From Nitrospirota bacterium (GTDB taxonomy: Bacteria > Nitrospirota > UBA9217), in NCBI GenBank assembly GCA_963845065.1, contig CAWJQQ010000003.1, forward strand, positions 224,001 to 288,000: 64,000 nt of DNA. The letters run 5' to 3'. Numbering within the stretch: position 1 is the stretch's first letter; each line of letters opens with the position of its first letter. Positions 1-10,499 of the stretch are shown here, piece by piece. The notes under the pieces are model-generated. The model searched no databases and was not told the DNA's origin. It worked only from the letters and a program-made list of their open reading frames with translations. The translations under genes and the position numbers were made by a program.

Positions 1-7
1 ATGTCCG

Positions 8-1045
8 TTGTGGGTCCCATCAAATCCAACTGCGCTCAAACGACTGATTCATCTGGCAAGCTTTGCCATAAGCAGCCTTCCCGTTATGGTAAAACATATC
101 ATCTGGAAGCCGGATATTGTACTGGTTATAGAACCTCCTTTATTTTGCGCTCCCCAGGCGTGGCTAACCTCGCGCATTGCAGGGGCAAAATCTTGGCTAC
201 ATGTCCAGGACTTTGAGGTCTCTGCATTTTTTGGTCTTGGTTTTGCCTCTTCCGGTTTTTTAAAAAAAATTATTGTAAAAATGGAAGGATTGTTGATGCG
301 CCGATTTGACCTCGTTTCCAGTATTTCCCATACCATGCTTCAACGCCTCGAAGATCTTAATGTCTCGAAGGACAGAACTTTTCTGTTCCCAAACTGGGTG
401 GATACAGGTTACATTCATCCGAGTCCGAAAGAAAACGATTTGCGGTTTGCTTGGGGTTTCTCTGCTGATCAAAAAATTATTCTCTACTCCGGAAATCTCG
501 GGAAAAAACAAGGACTTGAAGTGATTCTTGATGCTGCTGAAGGGCTTGTCGGTGAACATCCAGAAGCTGTATTCCTAATCGTAGGCGATGGCGCCGCAAA
601 AACCGGTCTCGTTGATGAGGCTGCCAAGCGAAAGCTGCACAATGTCCGATTTAAACCATTGCAGCCGATTGAGAAACTGCCTGAATTACTTGCCTTGGGA
701 GATATTCACCTTATCATTCAAAAACGAGGTGCAGCTGATGCGGTGATGCCGTCAAAGTTGACCGGAATTCTTGCGGTAGGCGGTTTTTCAATCATCACAG
801 CGGATGAGCATACCGAATTAGGAGCTCTCGTATTGAATAATCCTGGAATTGCTGAACTCGTGGAGCCAGAAAGCAGTGATGCTCTGATTGCAGCAATTAA
901 GCGTTTGCTTTGTAATCCCGTAAAGTTACCTTACTATAATCATGTAGCAAGAGAATATGCAGAACGCAATTTTTCGACAGATAGTATCATGGCTTCGGTC
1001 GAAACTAAAATTGGCCAGCTCGCTGCTTCCGGGAGAAAAGAATAG
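8..1045 (+). CDS. WcaI-like glycosyltransferase family 4 protein, probably 5'-truncated by the window edge
   Basis: GT4 motifs WLHVQDFE, LYSGNLGKKQGLE and MPSKLTGIL; next to manC/manB. Confidence 0.85.
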   Translation: MWVPSNPTALKRLIHLASFAISSLPVMVKHIIWKPDIVLVIEPPLFCAPQAWLTSRIAGAKSWLHVQDFEVSAFFGLGFASSGFLKKIIVKMEGLLMRRFDLVSSISHTMLQRLEDLNVSKDRTFLFPNWVDTGYIHPSPKENDLRFAWGFSADQKIILYSGNLGKKQGLEVILDAAEGLVGEHPEAVFLIVGDGAAKTGLVDEAAKRKLHNVRFKPLQPIEKLPELLALGDIHLIIQKRGAADAVMPSKLTGILAVGGFSIITADEHTELGALVLNNPGIAELVEPESSDALIAAIKRLLCNPVKLPYYNHVAREYAERNFSTDSIMASVETKIGQLAASGRKE

Positions 1046-1366
1046 CTCTGCGCATTAAAAACATATTTCATTGCCGTATATTTGTCTGTTGAACCATATC
1101 TTTTCCCGCATTAACCTGAGTTGCCTTTCCATCATTTTTTTTCCTTAACTTTATATTTATGAAATTTCGGTCCTACCCACCTCTTTGCGTAAAAGTCTTG
1201 TTGCTTAGACATGACAAACAAATAATGCGTGACAGTATGGAATAAAAAAAGTATAATAATTTCCATTAATTTTGTCGAGTTATCGGGATAGTCACGTAAA
1301 AAAAATGCCTTTAGCGGTCAATATATTTAAAGGATTGTTCGTTTCTTTACAGGGAGGAGAATCGTA

Positions 1367-2830
1367 ATGTACGCTGTAATTATGGCCGGCGGTTCGGGTA
1401 CGCGGTTTTGGCCGCTTTCCCGCGAAAAAATGCCAAAGCAGCTCCTGAAAATCGGTGCAGAAGATACGATGATATGTGAAACAGTAAATCGAATCTTGCC
1501 TTCCATAAGTTTTGAAGATATTTTTATCGTCACGAACCGAGATATCGTAGATGCGATTGGCCAACAACTCTCGTCGAAATTCAACAAGCCCTGGGACAAA
1601 AATGTGATTCTCGAACCTGAGGCGAGAAACACTGCGCCCGCCCTGGGCCTAGCCGCACTCCACCTGGAGCGACTGGATCCCGAAGGCGTTATGGTAGCTC
1701 TCGCTGCAGATCATATTATTCAAAAAACCGATGAATTCCTTAGATTACTAGGGAAAGCCAATGAGGCGGCTCAACATGGGTATCTGGTCACGCTCGGAAT
1801 CAAACCGAACAGACCGGAGACGGGTTATGGTTACATTAAGGCCGGTTCAGCTTGCCAGGAAGCAGCACTAAACGGTGTATGTAAAGTCGAAGCATTTGTT
1901 GAAAAACCGAATCTCGAAACGGCTAAAGAATATCTCAATCAGGGCAATTACTTCTGGAACAGCGGAATATTTATCTGGAAAACGAAAACCCTACTGCAGG
2001 AGATAAAAAAATATGATCCTCTGCTCTTTAGCGGTTTAATGGCGATAAAGAACAGCATCGGTACGGATAAGGAAGAGAACGTTATTAGTACTGTTTTCAA
2101 GAACCTTAATTCCGTTTCCATCGACTACGCAGTCATGGAAAAAACCGACCATGCAGCAGTCATCCCCGCAGATATAGGTTGGTCGGATGTTGGAAGCTGG
2201 ACCGCTCTCGATGAAGTTTCCGAACACGACACCGCAGGCAACATTATGAGCGGAAACGTCATCGATATAGGTAGCCATGATTCGATCATTTATGCTGAAA
2301 AACGACTGGTAACGACCATAGGGCTGAAGGACGTTGTTGTAGTAGACACGCCGGATGCGACGCTCGTATGCAGTAAAGACAGAGCGCAGGATGTGAAGAA
2401 GGTCGTTGACGAGATCAAAAAACGTAAGTCAGGTGAACATCTTATACACCGCACCGTGCATCGGCCCTGGGGGTCGTATACGATATTGGAAGAAGGGGAC
2501 CGTTACAAAATCAAGCGACTTGTTATTCATCCGGGGACGAAGCTTTCACACCAACTTCATAGCCATCGTAGCGAACATTGGGTCGTCGTCTCCGGCACAG
2601 CCCGGGTCACAAATGGAGACAAGGTGTATGACGTGCATCCGAACGAAAGTACGTACATTCCCATGTCTACAAAGCACCGGCTGGAAAACCTCGGCAAAAT
2701 CCCTCTCCAAATCATTGAAGTGCAGAACGGGGAATATCTTGAAGAAGACGATATCGTCCGCTTTGACGATGATTATAACAGGCATAATCAAAACAAGAGA
2801 AGGTCATTACCGTCGCTTTCTAGTACATAA
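1367..2830 (+). CDS. manC: Mannose-1-phosphate guanylyltransferase / mannose-6-phosphate isomerase
   Basis: MAGGSGTRFWPLSR, PKQ, EP..RNTAPA, GWSDVGSW and C-terminal cupin RPWGSY...HRSEHW; GGAGG SD upstream. Confidence 0.95.
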   Translation: MYAVIMAGGSGTRFWPLSREKMPKQLLKIGAEDTMICETVNRILPSISFEDIFIVTNRDIVDAIGQQLSSKFNKPWDKNVILEPEARNTAPALGLAALHLERLDPEGVMVALAADHIIQKTDEFLRLLGKANEAAQHGYLVTLGIKPNRPETGYGYIKAGSACQEAALNGVCKVEAFVEKPNLETAKEYLNQGNYFWNSGIFIWKTKTLLQEIKKYDPLLFSGLMAIKNSIGTDKEENVISTVFKNLNSVSIDYAVMEKTDHAAVIPADIGWSDVGSWTALDEVSEHDTAGNIMSGNVIDIGSHDSIIYAEKRLVTTIGLKDVVVVDTPDATLVCSKDRAQDVKKVVDEIKKRKSGEHLIHRTVHRPWGSYTILEEGDRYKIKRLVIHPGTKLSHQLHSHRSEHWVVVSGTARVTNGDKVYDVHPNESTYIPMSTKHRLENLGKIPLQIIEVQNGEYLEEDDIVRFDDDYNRHNQNKRRSLPSLSST

Positions 2831-2848
2831 TCCCGTATAGAGAACTAT

Positions 2849-4297
2849 GTGTCACCAATGATAAACCCTGAAATATTCCGAGAATATGACATCCGTGGAA
2901 TTGCGGATCGTGACCTGACGCCTTCAGTAATTGAGTCTCTGGGACAAGCTTTTGCTGCATATCTCAAGCAAAAGAGTATCAGCTCGATATCCGTCGGATT
3001 TGACGCACGTATAAGTTCGCCGCGACTTTGCGAGAACCTCGTGCAAGGTCTGACGCATGGTGGTATGAACGTTACCATCATCGGCCTCTGCCCGACGCCT
3101 GCTCTCTATTTTTCCCTCTACCACCTCAGGCCTGGTGCAGGAGTGATGATCACCGGCAGCCACAATCCTTCGGAATTCAATGGGTTCAAGCTCTGCGTCA
3201 ACAAGGACACTATTTACGGAGAAGAAATTCAAAAGTTGAAAGATATCATGATGGATGGTGCTGCCAGGAAGAACCAAAAATCCGATTCTGAAGCGAACGG
3301 TTCCGTTAAGCGCCGCCCCATCCTACCTGATTACATCAACCATTTAAAGAACTTGTTTAAAGCAACTGAAGACCATCGCCTTAAGATTGTCCTTGATGCA
3401 GGAAATGGAACTGCTGGTTTGGCAGCGCCTGAAGTAGTCCGATCGATGGGTTGTGACGTCGTTGAGCTTTTTTCTGAACCCGATGGGTCTTTTCCAAATC
3501 ATCATCCCGATCCTACGATTCCCAGGAATCTTGTTGCATTGATAGAAACAGTTAAAACGCAAAAAGCGGATGCAGGGATCGCATTCGATGGTGATTCAGA
3601 CAGGATTGGTGTGGTGGACGAGAAAGGGAGCATATTATGGGGCGATCAGCTTATGATTATCTTCTCCCGCGATATCCTTAGCAAACATCCAGGATCCACG
3701 TTCGTATCAGAAGTCAAGTGTTCGCAGGTCATGTACGACGACATCCGCTCCCATGGCGGGACTGCCATCATGTGGAAGGCAGGTCATTCTCTTATCAAGG
3801 CTAAAATGAAGGAAGTACATGCAGCTATGGCTGGGGAAATGAGCGGTCATCTGTTTTTCGCGGACCGTTATTTTGGCTATGACGATGCGATCTATGCGGC
3901 CTGCCGCATCGTGGAAATACTGAAAAAGCTTAAAAAAAAGCATGGGAGCATTGCCTCACTCAGCACGCTTCTTGCTGACCTTCCGAAGACTTTTAATACC
4001 CCTGAGATCCGTTTAGATTGCCCGGAAACTATTAAGTTTAAAGTCGTTGAAAAAGCAAAGGAGATATTTTCCCACGGAAATGGTCTGCCCCAAAAGCCTC
4101 GGGAAGTGATAACCGTCGATGGAGTACGGGCCATATTCGAAAAGGGATGGGGTCTTATCCGGGCATCAAATACTCAGCCGGTACTGGTAATGCGCTTTGA
4201 AGCCAGCGATCCCCTCTCTCTTGAGTCGATCAAAAGGATGATGGAGCAAACCGTAACGGCCATCATATCGCATTTTTCAGTCGTCTCCCCTGAATAA
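2849..4297 (+). CDS. manB: Phosphomannomutase/phosphoglucomutase (AlgC-type)
   Basis: IFREYDIRG, TGSHNP catalytic Ser, FDGDSDR metal loop, GEMSGH, RASNTQP. Confidence 0.93.
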   Translation: MSPMINPEIFREYDIRGIADRDLTPSVIESLGQAFAAYLKQKSISSISVGFDARISSPRLCENLVQGLTHGGMNVTIIGLCPTPALYFSLYHLRPGAGVMITGSHNPSEFNGFKLCVNKDTIYGEEIQKLKDIMMDGAARKNQKSDSEANGSVKRRPILPDYINHLKNLFKATEDHRLKIVLDAGNGTAGLAAPEVVRSMGCDVVELFSEPDGSFPNHHPDPTIPRNLVALIETVKTQKADAGIAFDGDSDRIGVVDEKGSILWGDQLMIIFSRDILSKHPGSTFVSEVKCSQVMYDDIRSHGGTAIMWKAGHSLIKAKMKEVHAAMAGEMSGHLFFADRYFGYDDAIYAACRIVEILKKLKKKHGSIASLSTLLADLPKTFNTPEIRLDCPETIKFKVVEKAKEIFSHGNGLPQKPREVITVDGVRAIFEKGWGLIRASNTQPVLVMRFEASDPLSLESIKRMMEQTVTAIISHFSVVSPE

Positions 4298-4369
4298 CAG
4301 TAGAGATGTGCATAATTACCTAAATATCACTTAGAAAATATGTTATCAAGAAATTTATTTTTATCGCTA

Positions 4370-4402
4370 TTGTTAACCAGCATGTAGAAAAATGGTTGAC
4401 AA
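4370..4402. promoter_or_regulatory. BirA (biotin repressor) operator overlapping a TTGACA -35 element
   Basis: TTGTTAACC-N15-GGTTGACAA inverted repeat matches the known BirA box pattern and sits directly upstream of bioB. Confidence 0.8.
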
Positions 4403-4431
4403 CTACTCTATCTTAAGGTAAAAGATAGCCA

Positions 4432-5448
4432 ATGAAAATACGACAACAACTAACCGATCTTCTTGACAGTGTTTTGAAGGGAAAACCGATAGATTATGCA
4501 GATGCAAGAGAATTGTCTCGCATTTCAGGGGCTGACCTGTGGGACCTCTTTGCGATTACTGGGAAGATTCGCGAACACTATCGCGGTAAAACGGTTGATC
4601 TGTGCTCGATCGTGAATGCAAAATCAGGCGCCTGCAGCGAGGATTGTGCATACTGCGCACAGTCAATGCACCACTCAACCAACGCCTCGGTCTATCCTCT
4701 TATTTCTGTCGACCGCATGGTAGAAGCAATAAAGAGTGCGAAAAAAAATAATGCAAAAAGATTTTGCATCGTGACAAGCGGTCGGGGCATTGATACACAG
4801 GCAGACCTCGAGAATATCGCAAAAGGCATTCAGAGGGTTATCGAAATAGGATTGTCACCCTGTGCTACGCTTGGTACACTCACAAAAAATCAACTATCCT
4901 ATCTCAAACAAGCAGGCTTGCACCGTTTTCACCATAATATCGAAACGTCCAAAGAGTACTTTCCGCATATCTGCACAACTCATACATTCGAGGATCGGCT
5001 CGAAGTGTTGGGTCATGCCCGTTCTCTGGGACTTTCTACCTGCAGCGGCGGAATCCTTGGCATGGGAGAGGGCATGGAGGATCGGATAAAGATGGCGATG
5101 ACGCTTCGCGAGATTGATGTGGATTCTGTCCCAATTAATTTTCTTATGCCGATAAAAGGAACTCCCTTTGAGAAGATCAGCGCAATCACACCTCTCGAAG
5201 CTTTGCATTCCATCGCCCTCTTTCGCCTGATCCTACCCAGTAAGGAGATCCGCGTTTGCGGTGGGAGGGGCACAGCTCTACGACACCTCCATCCGCTTAT
5301 ATTTGCGGCAGGCGCAGATGGGTTTATGATCGGGAATTATCTTACTACGTCGGGTTTGGACCCTGTAGAAGATCTCAATATGTTGCAGAATCTGGGTAAT
5401 TCGGAGCAGAAAGAACCTGCAAAATGGCTGTTTTCTCGAACATGGTAA
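4432..5448 (+). CDS. bioB: Biotin synthase; last ~15 codons derive from the adjacent IS4 sequence
   Basis: NAKSGACSEDCAYCAQS radical SAM motif, HHNIETS, CSGGILGMGE, VPINFL, IGNYLTT. Confidence 0.95.
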   Translation: MKIRQQLTDLLDSVLKGKPIDYADARELSRISGADLWDLFAITGKIREHYRGKTVDLCSIVNAKSGACSEDCAYCAQSMHHSTNASVYPLISVDRMVEAIKSAKKNNAKRFCIVTSGRGIDTQADLENIAKGIQRVIEIGLSPCATLGTLTKNQLSYLKQAGLHRFHHNIETSKEYFPHICTTHTFEDRLEVLGHARSLGLSTCSGGILGMGEGMEDRIKMAMTLREIDVDSVPINFLMPIKGTPFEKISAITPLEALHSIALFRLILPSKEIRVCGGRGTALRHLHPLIFAAGADGFMIGNYLTTSGLDPVEDLNMLQNLGNSEQKEPAKWLFSRTW

Positions 5449-6658
5449 CGCTCAATATTTGTAGAATTAGTGTAGAGGCTTCGATCCAGCTGCAATCGTT
5501 TCTTGACAATGGCCACAAGAACGTATACAGAAATGGCGATCCAAATTTGGGTCTTCAGTGCGTTCTCGCTGGTGCCGTAAAATGCTTTGATCCGCAGGTG
5601 CTGTTTGATCCATTTGAAGAACAACTCCACCTGCCAGCGGCATTTGTAAAGCTTCGCGATCACGATTGCCGGCAGCGTGAAGTTGTTAAAGAAAAACGAA
5701 ACGCTTCCTTGTTTCTACATCGTAGTAACGGATTCTCCTGAGCTTCTCGGGATAGTCTAGCAGCGTATAGAAACCGGTGACCATAATGATCTGATCTGCC
5801 CGTACCCCGGTTGACTTGTCCACTGGCTGGGAGTAGAGACGCTTGAAAACGAAATTGCTCTTTGCGCGCGTTACAAAAAACGCAAGCGATTGATGCATCC
5901 GGTAGAGACGGGCAAAATCGATATATGCTTTGTCGAAAATATAGATGGCGCCAGGCTCGAAAATAAGATCGTCGAGCGCGTTGACATCGTGTGTTTTTCC
6001 ATTGGTAATACTGATCACAACGGGGATGTTGCCCCGAAGATCCAGCAGGGTGTGGAGCTTCACCGCAGCTTTGTTTTTTCTGAACTTGGCCCAGGGAAAT
6101 ACCGAGAGACAGAGATCGATGGTTGTGGAATCGAAGGCGTATACGGCATTTTCCAACTCCAACCCGAAGTCTTCGTTCGCATACAACTCCCTGGCGATTT
6201 TGATCAGTACTTGAGCGAAGTCGGCGTAGATTCTCCAGTCGCGGTTTTCGTTGGCATGGGCCAAAGTGTTTCGTGAGACGTTGCTCCGGATGCCCATATG
6301 ATACAGTTTCGGCTTCGCCACACGAAGGCATGCCTCTATGTCCCGAAGACTTTCCCGATACGTGAGCTGGGCGAAGGCCATGCAGAGAAACTGATCCAGA
6401 CAGGTAAACGTTATCACTTTGTAGTTGCCATTGTAACGATCTACGCATTGGCGAAACTGGAACGATGGAATGAAGTCCATGATTTGAGAAAAAACGGTTC
6501 TGCCGATATTCACGATTAGCCATCTCCTTCCGCGGGGCAGCGGAATTATGGCATATCGGCAAAAAATATTTCAAATCGAAAAGTTGCATTTCACAATGAA
6601 TGTGCATGTTTTTCTGTAAGTTAGATGAGGCTTGTAATTCAACCTTGGGACACTTGTG
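5395..6658 (-). mobile_element. Degenerate IS4-family element (DUF4372 + DDE transposase), frameshifted, right end apparently lost
   Basis: ORFs 6513..5686 (FSQIMDF, QLTYRESLRDIE, FDSTTIDL, FDKAY) and 5663..5337 (YKCRWQVELFFKWIKQHL) are consecutive parts of one transposase; candidate left terminus CACAAGTGTCCCAAGG at 6658..6643; no matching right terminus seen. Confidence 0.88.
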
Positions 6659-6902
6659 AATAATAGCAGAAATACTATACAACAACCGTATGCATGCATC
6701 GAAAGGCAAAAATCACGTCTCGGGAATAGAGAGAATTATCGTCATGGGAGCATTGACGACATCGTGATAAGCCTCATTGCACGCGCTGAATCGAAAGGCA
6801 GTATTCTCAGTAAAATCACGGACAGTATGGAGAGTCTTAAAAACTTGCCTGCACAAAGAGATCGGGCTGGAACAGAATAAGGCCCAACATTTATGAAAGT
6901 CT

Positions 6903-8063
6903 ATGTTTGAACAGGAACTAGAACAGCTGGAAAAACAGCATCTCCTTAGAAAGCCGGTAATCATCGAATCGTATCAAGGACCTAAAATTACGATCAACAA
7001 GAGGAGTTTGTTGCTCATGTGTTCGAATGATTATCTCAGCCTTTCACAACATCCCGCACTCATAGAGGCTGCTGCCTCAGCCATGGAAAAATATGGTCTT
7101 GGCTCAGGAGCATCACGACTCGTTTCAGGCACGAGTCCGATTCACCAAGAGCTGGAACATAAATTATCACAATTCAAGAAATCAGAAGCGGTGATCCTTT
7201 TTAACTCAGGTTATGCGGCAAATACCGGCATCATTCCCGCGCTTGCACGGGAAGGTGATATGGTATTCAGTGACAGCCTGAATCATGCTAGTATTATTGA
7301 CGGATGTCGTCTCAGCAGAGCCTCTATCCGTGTCTACCGTCACAAGGATATGAATCATCTGGAGACGCTGCTTAAGGATTGTGGCCATGCCAGACGGAAT
7401 CTTATCGTTACCGACGGTGTTTTCAGCATGGATGGGGATATTGCTCCGCTTCCGGACCTTGTTGCACTTGCTGAAAAATATAATGCGCTTCTGATGATTG
7501 ATGATGCACATGCCACCGGAGTACTCGGAAAGGGCGGCAGGGGGACTGTAGAGCATTTCGGCATGGAAGGCCGTGTTCCGATACAGATGGGCACTCTTGG
7601 AAAGGCTCTTGGAGCCTACGGCGCTTATGTTGCCGGGAACAGGGACCTCATCGACTTACTTATAAATCGCGCTCGGAGTTACATATACAGTACAGCGCTG
7701 CCTCCTGCAGTATGTGCTGCCTCGCTAGCAGCTCTTAAGATTATTGAAAACGATCCCACAAGGAGAGAAAGACTCTGGTGCAATCGAGAGCGTTTTGCAG
7801 CAGGACTGAAGTCTCTACAAATTGATATAGGAACTTCGGCAACACCCATTGTGCCTTTGATGATCGGGGATACCGCACAGGCAATAAAAGTTGGCGCAAG
7901 ATTGTTCGAGTCTGGTATTTTCGCAACCGCAATCAGACCACCGACGGTGCCGGAGGGCACATCAAGAATACGGATGACACTCATGACAAGTTTTTCTGAT
8001 CATGATATAGATATGGCATTGGCTACTGTCAAGAAAATACGGGAAGAGGGTTTTTTCCTATAA
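6903..8063 (+). CDS. bioF: 8-amino-7-oxononanoate synthase
   Basis: CSNDYL, GSGASRLVSG, LNHASIIDG, DGVFSMDGD, DDAHATG, GTLGKALG, AIRPPTVP. Confidence 0.95.
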   Translation: MFEQELEQLEKQHLLRKPVIIESYQGPKITINKRSLLLMCSNDYLSLSQHPALIEAAASAMEKYGLGSGASRLVSGTSPIHQELEHKLSQFKKSEAVILFNSGYAANTGIIPALAREGDMVFSDSLNHASIIDGCRLSRASIRVYRHKDMNHLETLLKDCGHARRNLIVTDGVFSMDGDIAPLPDLVALAEKYNALLMIDDAHATGVLGKGGRGTVEHFGMEGRVPIQMGTLGKALGAYGAYVAGNRDLIDLLINRARSYIYSTALPPAVCAASLAALKIIENDPTRRERLWCNRERFAAGLKSLQIDIGTSATPIVPLMIGDTAQAIKVGARLFESGIFATAIRPPTVPEGTSRIRMTLMTSFSDHDIDMALATVKKIREEGFFL

Positions 8064-8229
8064 AGACGGTCAAAAAAAAGGGTCGCCATGGTGATAGGGA
8101 CTCGCGCGATTTTGGTTGAAAAATTGCCTTTAGTTTCGGCAGGAAATGTGGCAGGTTAGTCGTGAGTAATTTTTTCGATGAACAGGGTTGGTAACTGTTG
8201 ATTAATTAGTGGTATATTATAGAAATATA

Positions 8230-8238
8230 TGCTATAAT
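8230..8238 (+). promoter_or_regulatory. Extended -10 promoter (TGcTATAAT) for tnpA, overlapping a left-end repeat
   Basis: TGCTATAAT lies 7 nt upstream of the tnpA ATG; no SD sequence. Confidence 0.55.
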
Positions 8239-8245
8239 ATAGACT

Positions 8246-8818
8246 ATGAAATTAAGCGTATGGGCCAAACAACAGGGGATTACATACAAAGCGGCATGGA
8301 ACTGGTGGAAGGCCGGCAAGCTGCCGGTTGAAGCGGAACAGATGCCGTCCGGCACTATTATCATCAAAGAGCAAAAAACGGATTCAACAGGGGCTGCGGC
8401 TCTTTATGCCAGGGTATCCAGCCATGACCAGAATAACGACCTGGACGCGCAAATCGGCCGGTTGTCACAGTTTGCCGCGTCGCAGAAATTGGCTGTTACC
8501 ATGGCTGTTACGGAGATCGGTTCAGGTCTGAACGGGCATAGGCCAAAGCTCATGAAGCTGCTTGCAAATCCAGCGGTAAGTATTATCGTTGTCGAACATC
8601 GCGATCGGCTGATGAGATTCGGTTCTGAATATGTAGAATCATCACTTCATGCTCAAGGCAGAAGGTTCATCATTATGGACCAGACGGAACTTAAAGATGA
8701 CCTTGTGCAGGATCTGAGAGAGGTGCTGACGTCATTTTGCGCGAGACTGTACGGACGCAGGTCCGCAGCCAACAAGGCAAAAAAGGCGATTGAGGCTATG
8801 AACGATGGCGAGCAGTAA
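8246..8818 (+). CDS. tnpA: IS607-family transposase (N-terminal HTH + serine recombinase)
   Basis: MKLSVWAKQQGITYKAAWNW HTH; YARVSS catalytic Ser; EIGSGLN; VEHRDRLMRFG; SFCARLYGRRS. Confidence 0.95.
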   Translation: MKLSVWAKQQGITYKAAWNWWKAGKLPVEAEQMPSGTIIIKEQKTDSTGAAALYARVSSHDQNNDLDAQIGRLSQFAASQKLAVTMAVTEIGSGLNGHRPKLMKLLANPAVSIIVVEHRDRLMRFGSEYVESSLHAQGRRFIIMDQTELKDDLVQDLREVLTSFCARLYGRRSAANKAKKAIEAMNDGEQ

Positions 8819-10499
8819 ACGCTCTTCTAAAAACAAAAAAGGCGGTAATAAGAAGGACAGCGATGTCCTGTCTTTTACCGCCTGTACTTTATTAAATGAT
8901 ATAGACATTTCCGGCGCTGGAAGTTCACTATACGGTATTCTCGATGAAATCGGCGATCTCTATGGGCACATCAAAAGGTCTTTATTTAAGGATTTCATCT
9001 CTACCGGCCAAAAACCCCAGTCATTCAAAAACGCATACTTGCTAAGATTCGGGATCACTGCGCGGCAATTCAACGCGGTCAGATATGACCTGGACGGCAA
9101 TATAAGTTCCGCTGTGGAAATCCTGAAAAAACGCGTAGAAGATATCGAAAGCAGTGTAAAATCCGTCAAAAGATGGATAGAGGGCAAGGAAACAAAGATC
9201 AGCCGGCTGCAAGAAGAGGTGAATCTGCCCGCGCCTGTACGTGACCAACAGATACACGATATCAGATTCGCGCTCCACCTTAAGAGGAGAAAGCTTCATG
9301 CAATAGAGCTTAAGCTGCATGCGCTTACCGATGATTTAAAGAGCAATCGCATCCGAATATGTTTTGGGTCAAAATCTCTTTTTCGCAAGCAGTTTACTCT
9401 GGACGAGAACGGCTATATTGGCCATGATGAATGGAGGGTGGACTGGAAGAAGGCCCGTGGTTCCCAGTCCTTTTGCCTAGGCTCGAAAGACGAAAGCGCC
9501 GGGAACCAGTCATGCACGCTGTCCATTGACGGGACGCTCCGGATACGCATTCCGAATCACCTGACCGACAAGTACGGGAAATATGCCGTGGTTACCGGAA
9601 TCAAATATCCCTACGGACTGGACATTGTTGAAGATGCACTCTCTAACGGGCAGGCGCTGACACATCGCTTTGTCCGTGAAGCGAAGGGATGGTATCTGCA
9701 TACATCCGTTGACATCAAAAAGCCGGAGCTGGTTACCTTTGAACCCGGGTTGATAGGGTGTATCGGTGTTGATGTTAACGAAAAAGAGATCGCCGTTTCT
9801 GACTCAGACCGGTTCGGTAACCTTGTATGGAGTACCTTTTATCCCGCCTGCGTAAAAGATAAGACATCAGCCCAAGCAGAGGCTATTTACGGGGACATTT
9901 GCAAAAAGATAGTTGCCAGAGCTGCAGCGTCCTGCAAGTCGATCAGCCATGAAAAACTCGATTTCAGCAAAAAGAAGACATCATTAAAGCAACAAGGAGT
10001 GACGTATTCCAGGATGCTTTCCGGGTTCGCTTATTCGTCATTCCTTACCATGCTCGATCGCCGCTCGTTTAAAGCGGGAGTTAAAGTATTCTCCGTTAAC
10101 CCCGCATTTACGTCCGTCATTGGCAGAGCAAATTATATGTCTCGCTATGGGATCACGGCGCATGAAGCGGCAGCGCTTATCATCGCGAGACGAGCACAAA
10201 GATATTCCGAGTCGCCTGCGCCGGCCAGAACCGCCTCTCCCCTACCTGTAAGGAATCGGGGAGAGCACGTCTGGAAATACTGGCGCAGGTCAAAGGAAAG
10301 CGGGGTTCGTGCCCGTACGGATGGACTCTCCTCTAGAAGGCGGCCCTTACAGGGCTCTACAGGCAGCGCTGAATCTCAACATGAATCGTTGCATGGAATG
10401 ACAGTGCTCACCTCCTGGCCACCTGCCGATGATTGTGGTTTACTCGATATCGGGAAGGCGTCAGGTGTGTTGCCGAGTAGTAAAAAGGCGCTTGTGTGA
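8805..10499 (+). CDS. tnpB: Long TnpB-related RuvC protein (IS200/IS605 accessory TnpB-related family)
   Basis: RuvC-I IGVDVN, RuvC-II SHEKLDF, VNPAFTSVIG, RuvC-III region TAHEAAALIIARR; directly downstream of IS607 tnpA. Confidence 0.88.
   Translation: MASSKRSSKNKKGGNKKDSDVLSFTACTLLNDIDISGAGSSLYGILDEIGDLYGHIKRSLFKDFISTGQKPQSFKNAYLLRFGITARQFNAVRYDLDGNISSAVEILKKRVEDIESSVKSVKRWIEGKETKISRLQEEVNLPAPVRDQQIHDIRFALHLKRRKLHAIELKLHALTDDLKSNRIRICFGSKSLFRKQFTLDENGYIGHDEWRVDWKKARGSQSFCLGSKDESAGNQSCTLSIDGTLRIRIPNHLTDKYGKYAVVTGIKYPYGLDIVEDALSNGQALTHRFVREAKGWYLHTSVDIKKPELVTFEPGLIGCIGVDVNEKEIAVSDSDRFGNLVWSTFYPACVKDKTSAQAEAIYGDICKKIVARAAASCKSISHEKLDFSKKKTSLKQQGVTYSRMLSGFAYSSFLTMLDRRSFKAGVKVFSVNPAFTSVIGRANYMSRYGITAHEAAALIIARRAQRYSESPAPARTASPLPVRNRGEHVWKYWRRSKESGVRARTDGLSSRRRPLQGSTGSAESQHESLHGMTVLTSWPPADDCGLLDIGKASGVLPSSKKALV

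Noticed and set aside
5660..6709. 349-aa alternative-frame ORF in the IS4 element, and long antisense ORFs (17959-18681, 45638-46282, 47274-47918, 52462-53190, 58676-59383)
   Set aside because: They overlap well-supported genes and have no recognisable motifs; treated as shadow ORFs.
8064..8245. IStron (group I intron fused to IS607)
   Set aside because: Only about 180 bp lie upstream of tnpA, too short for a group I core, and the insertion is intergenic.
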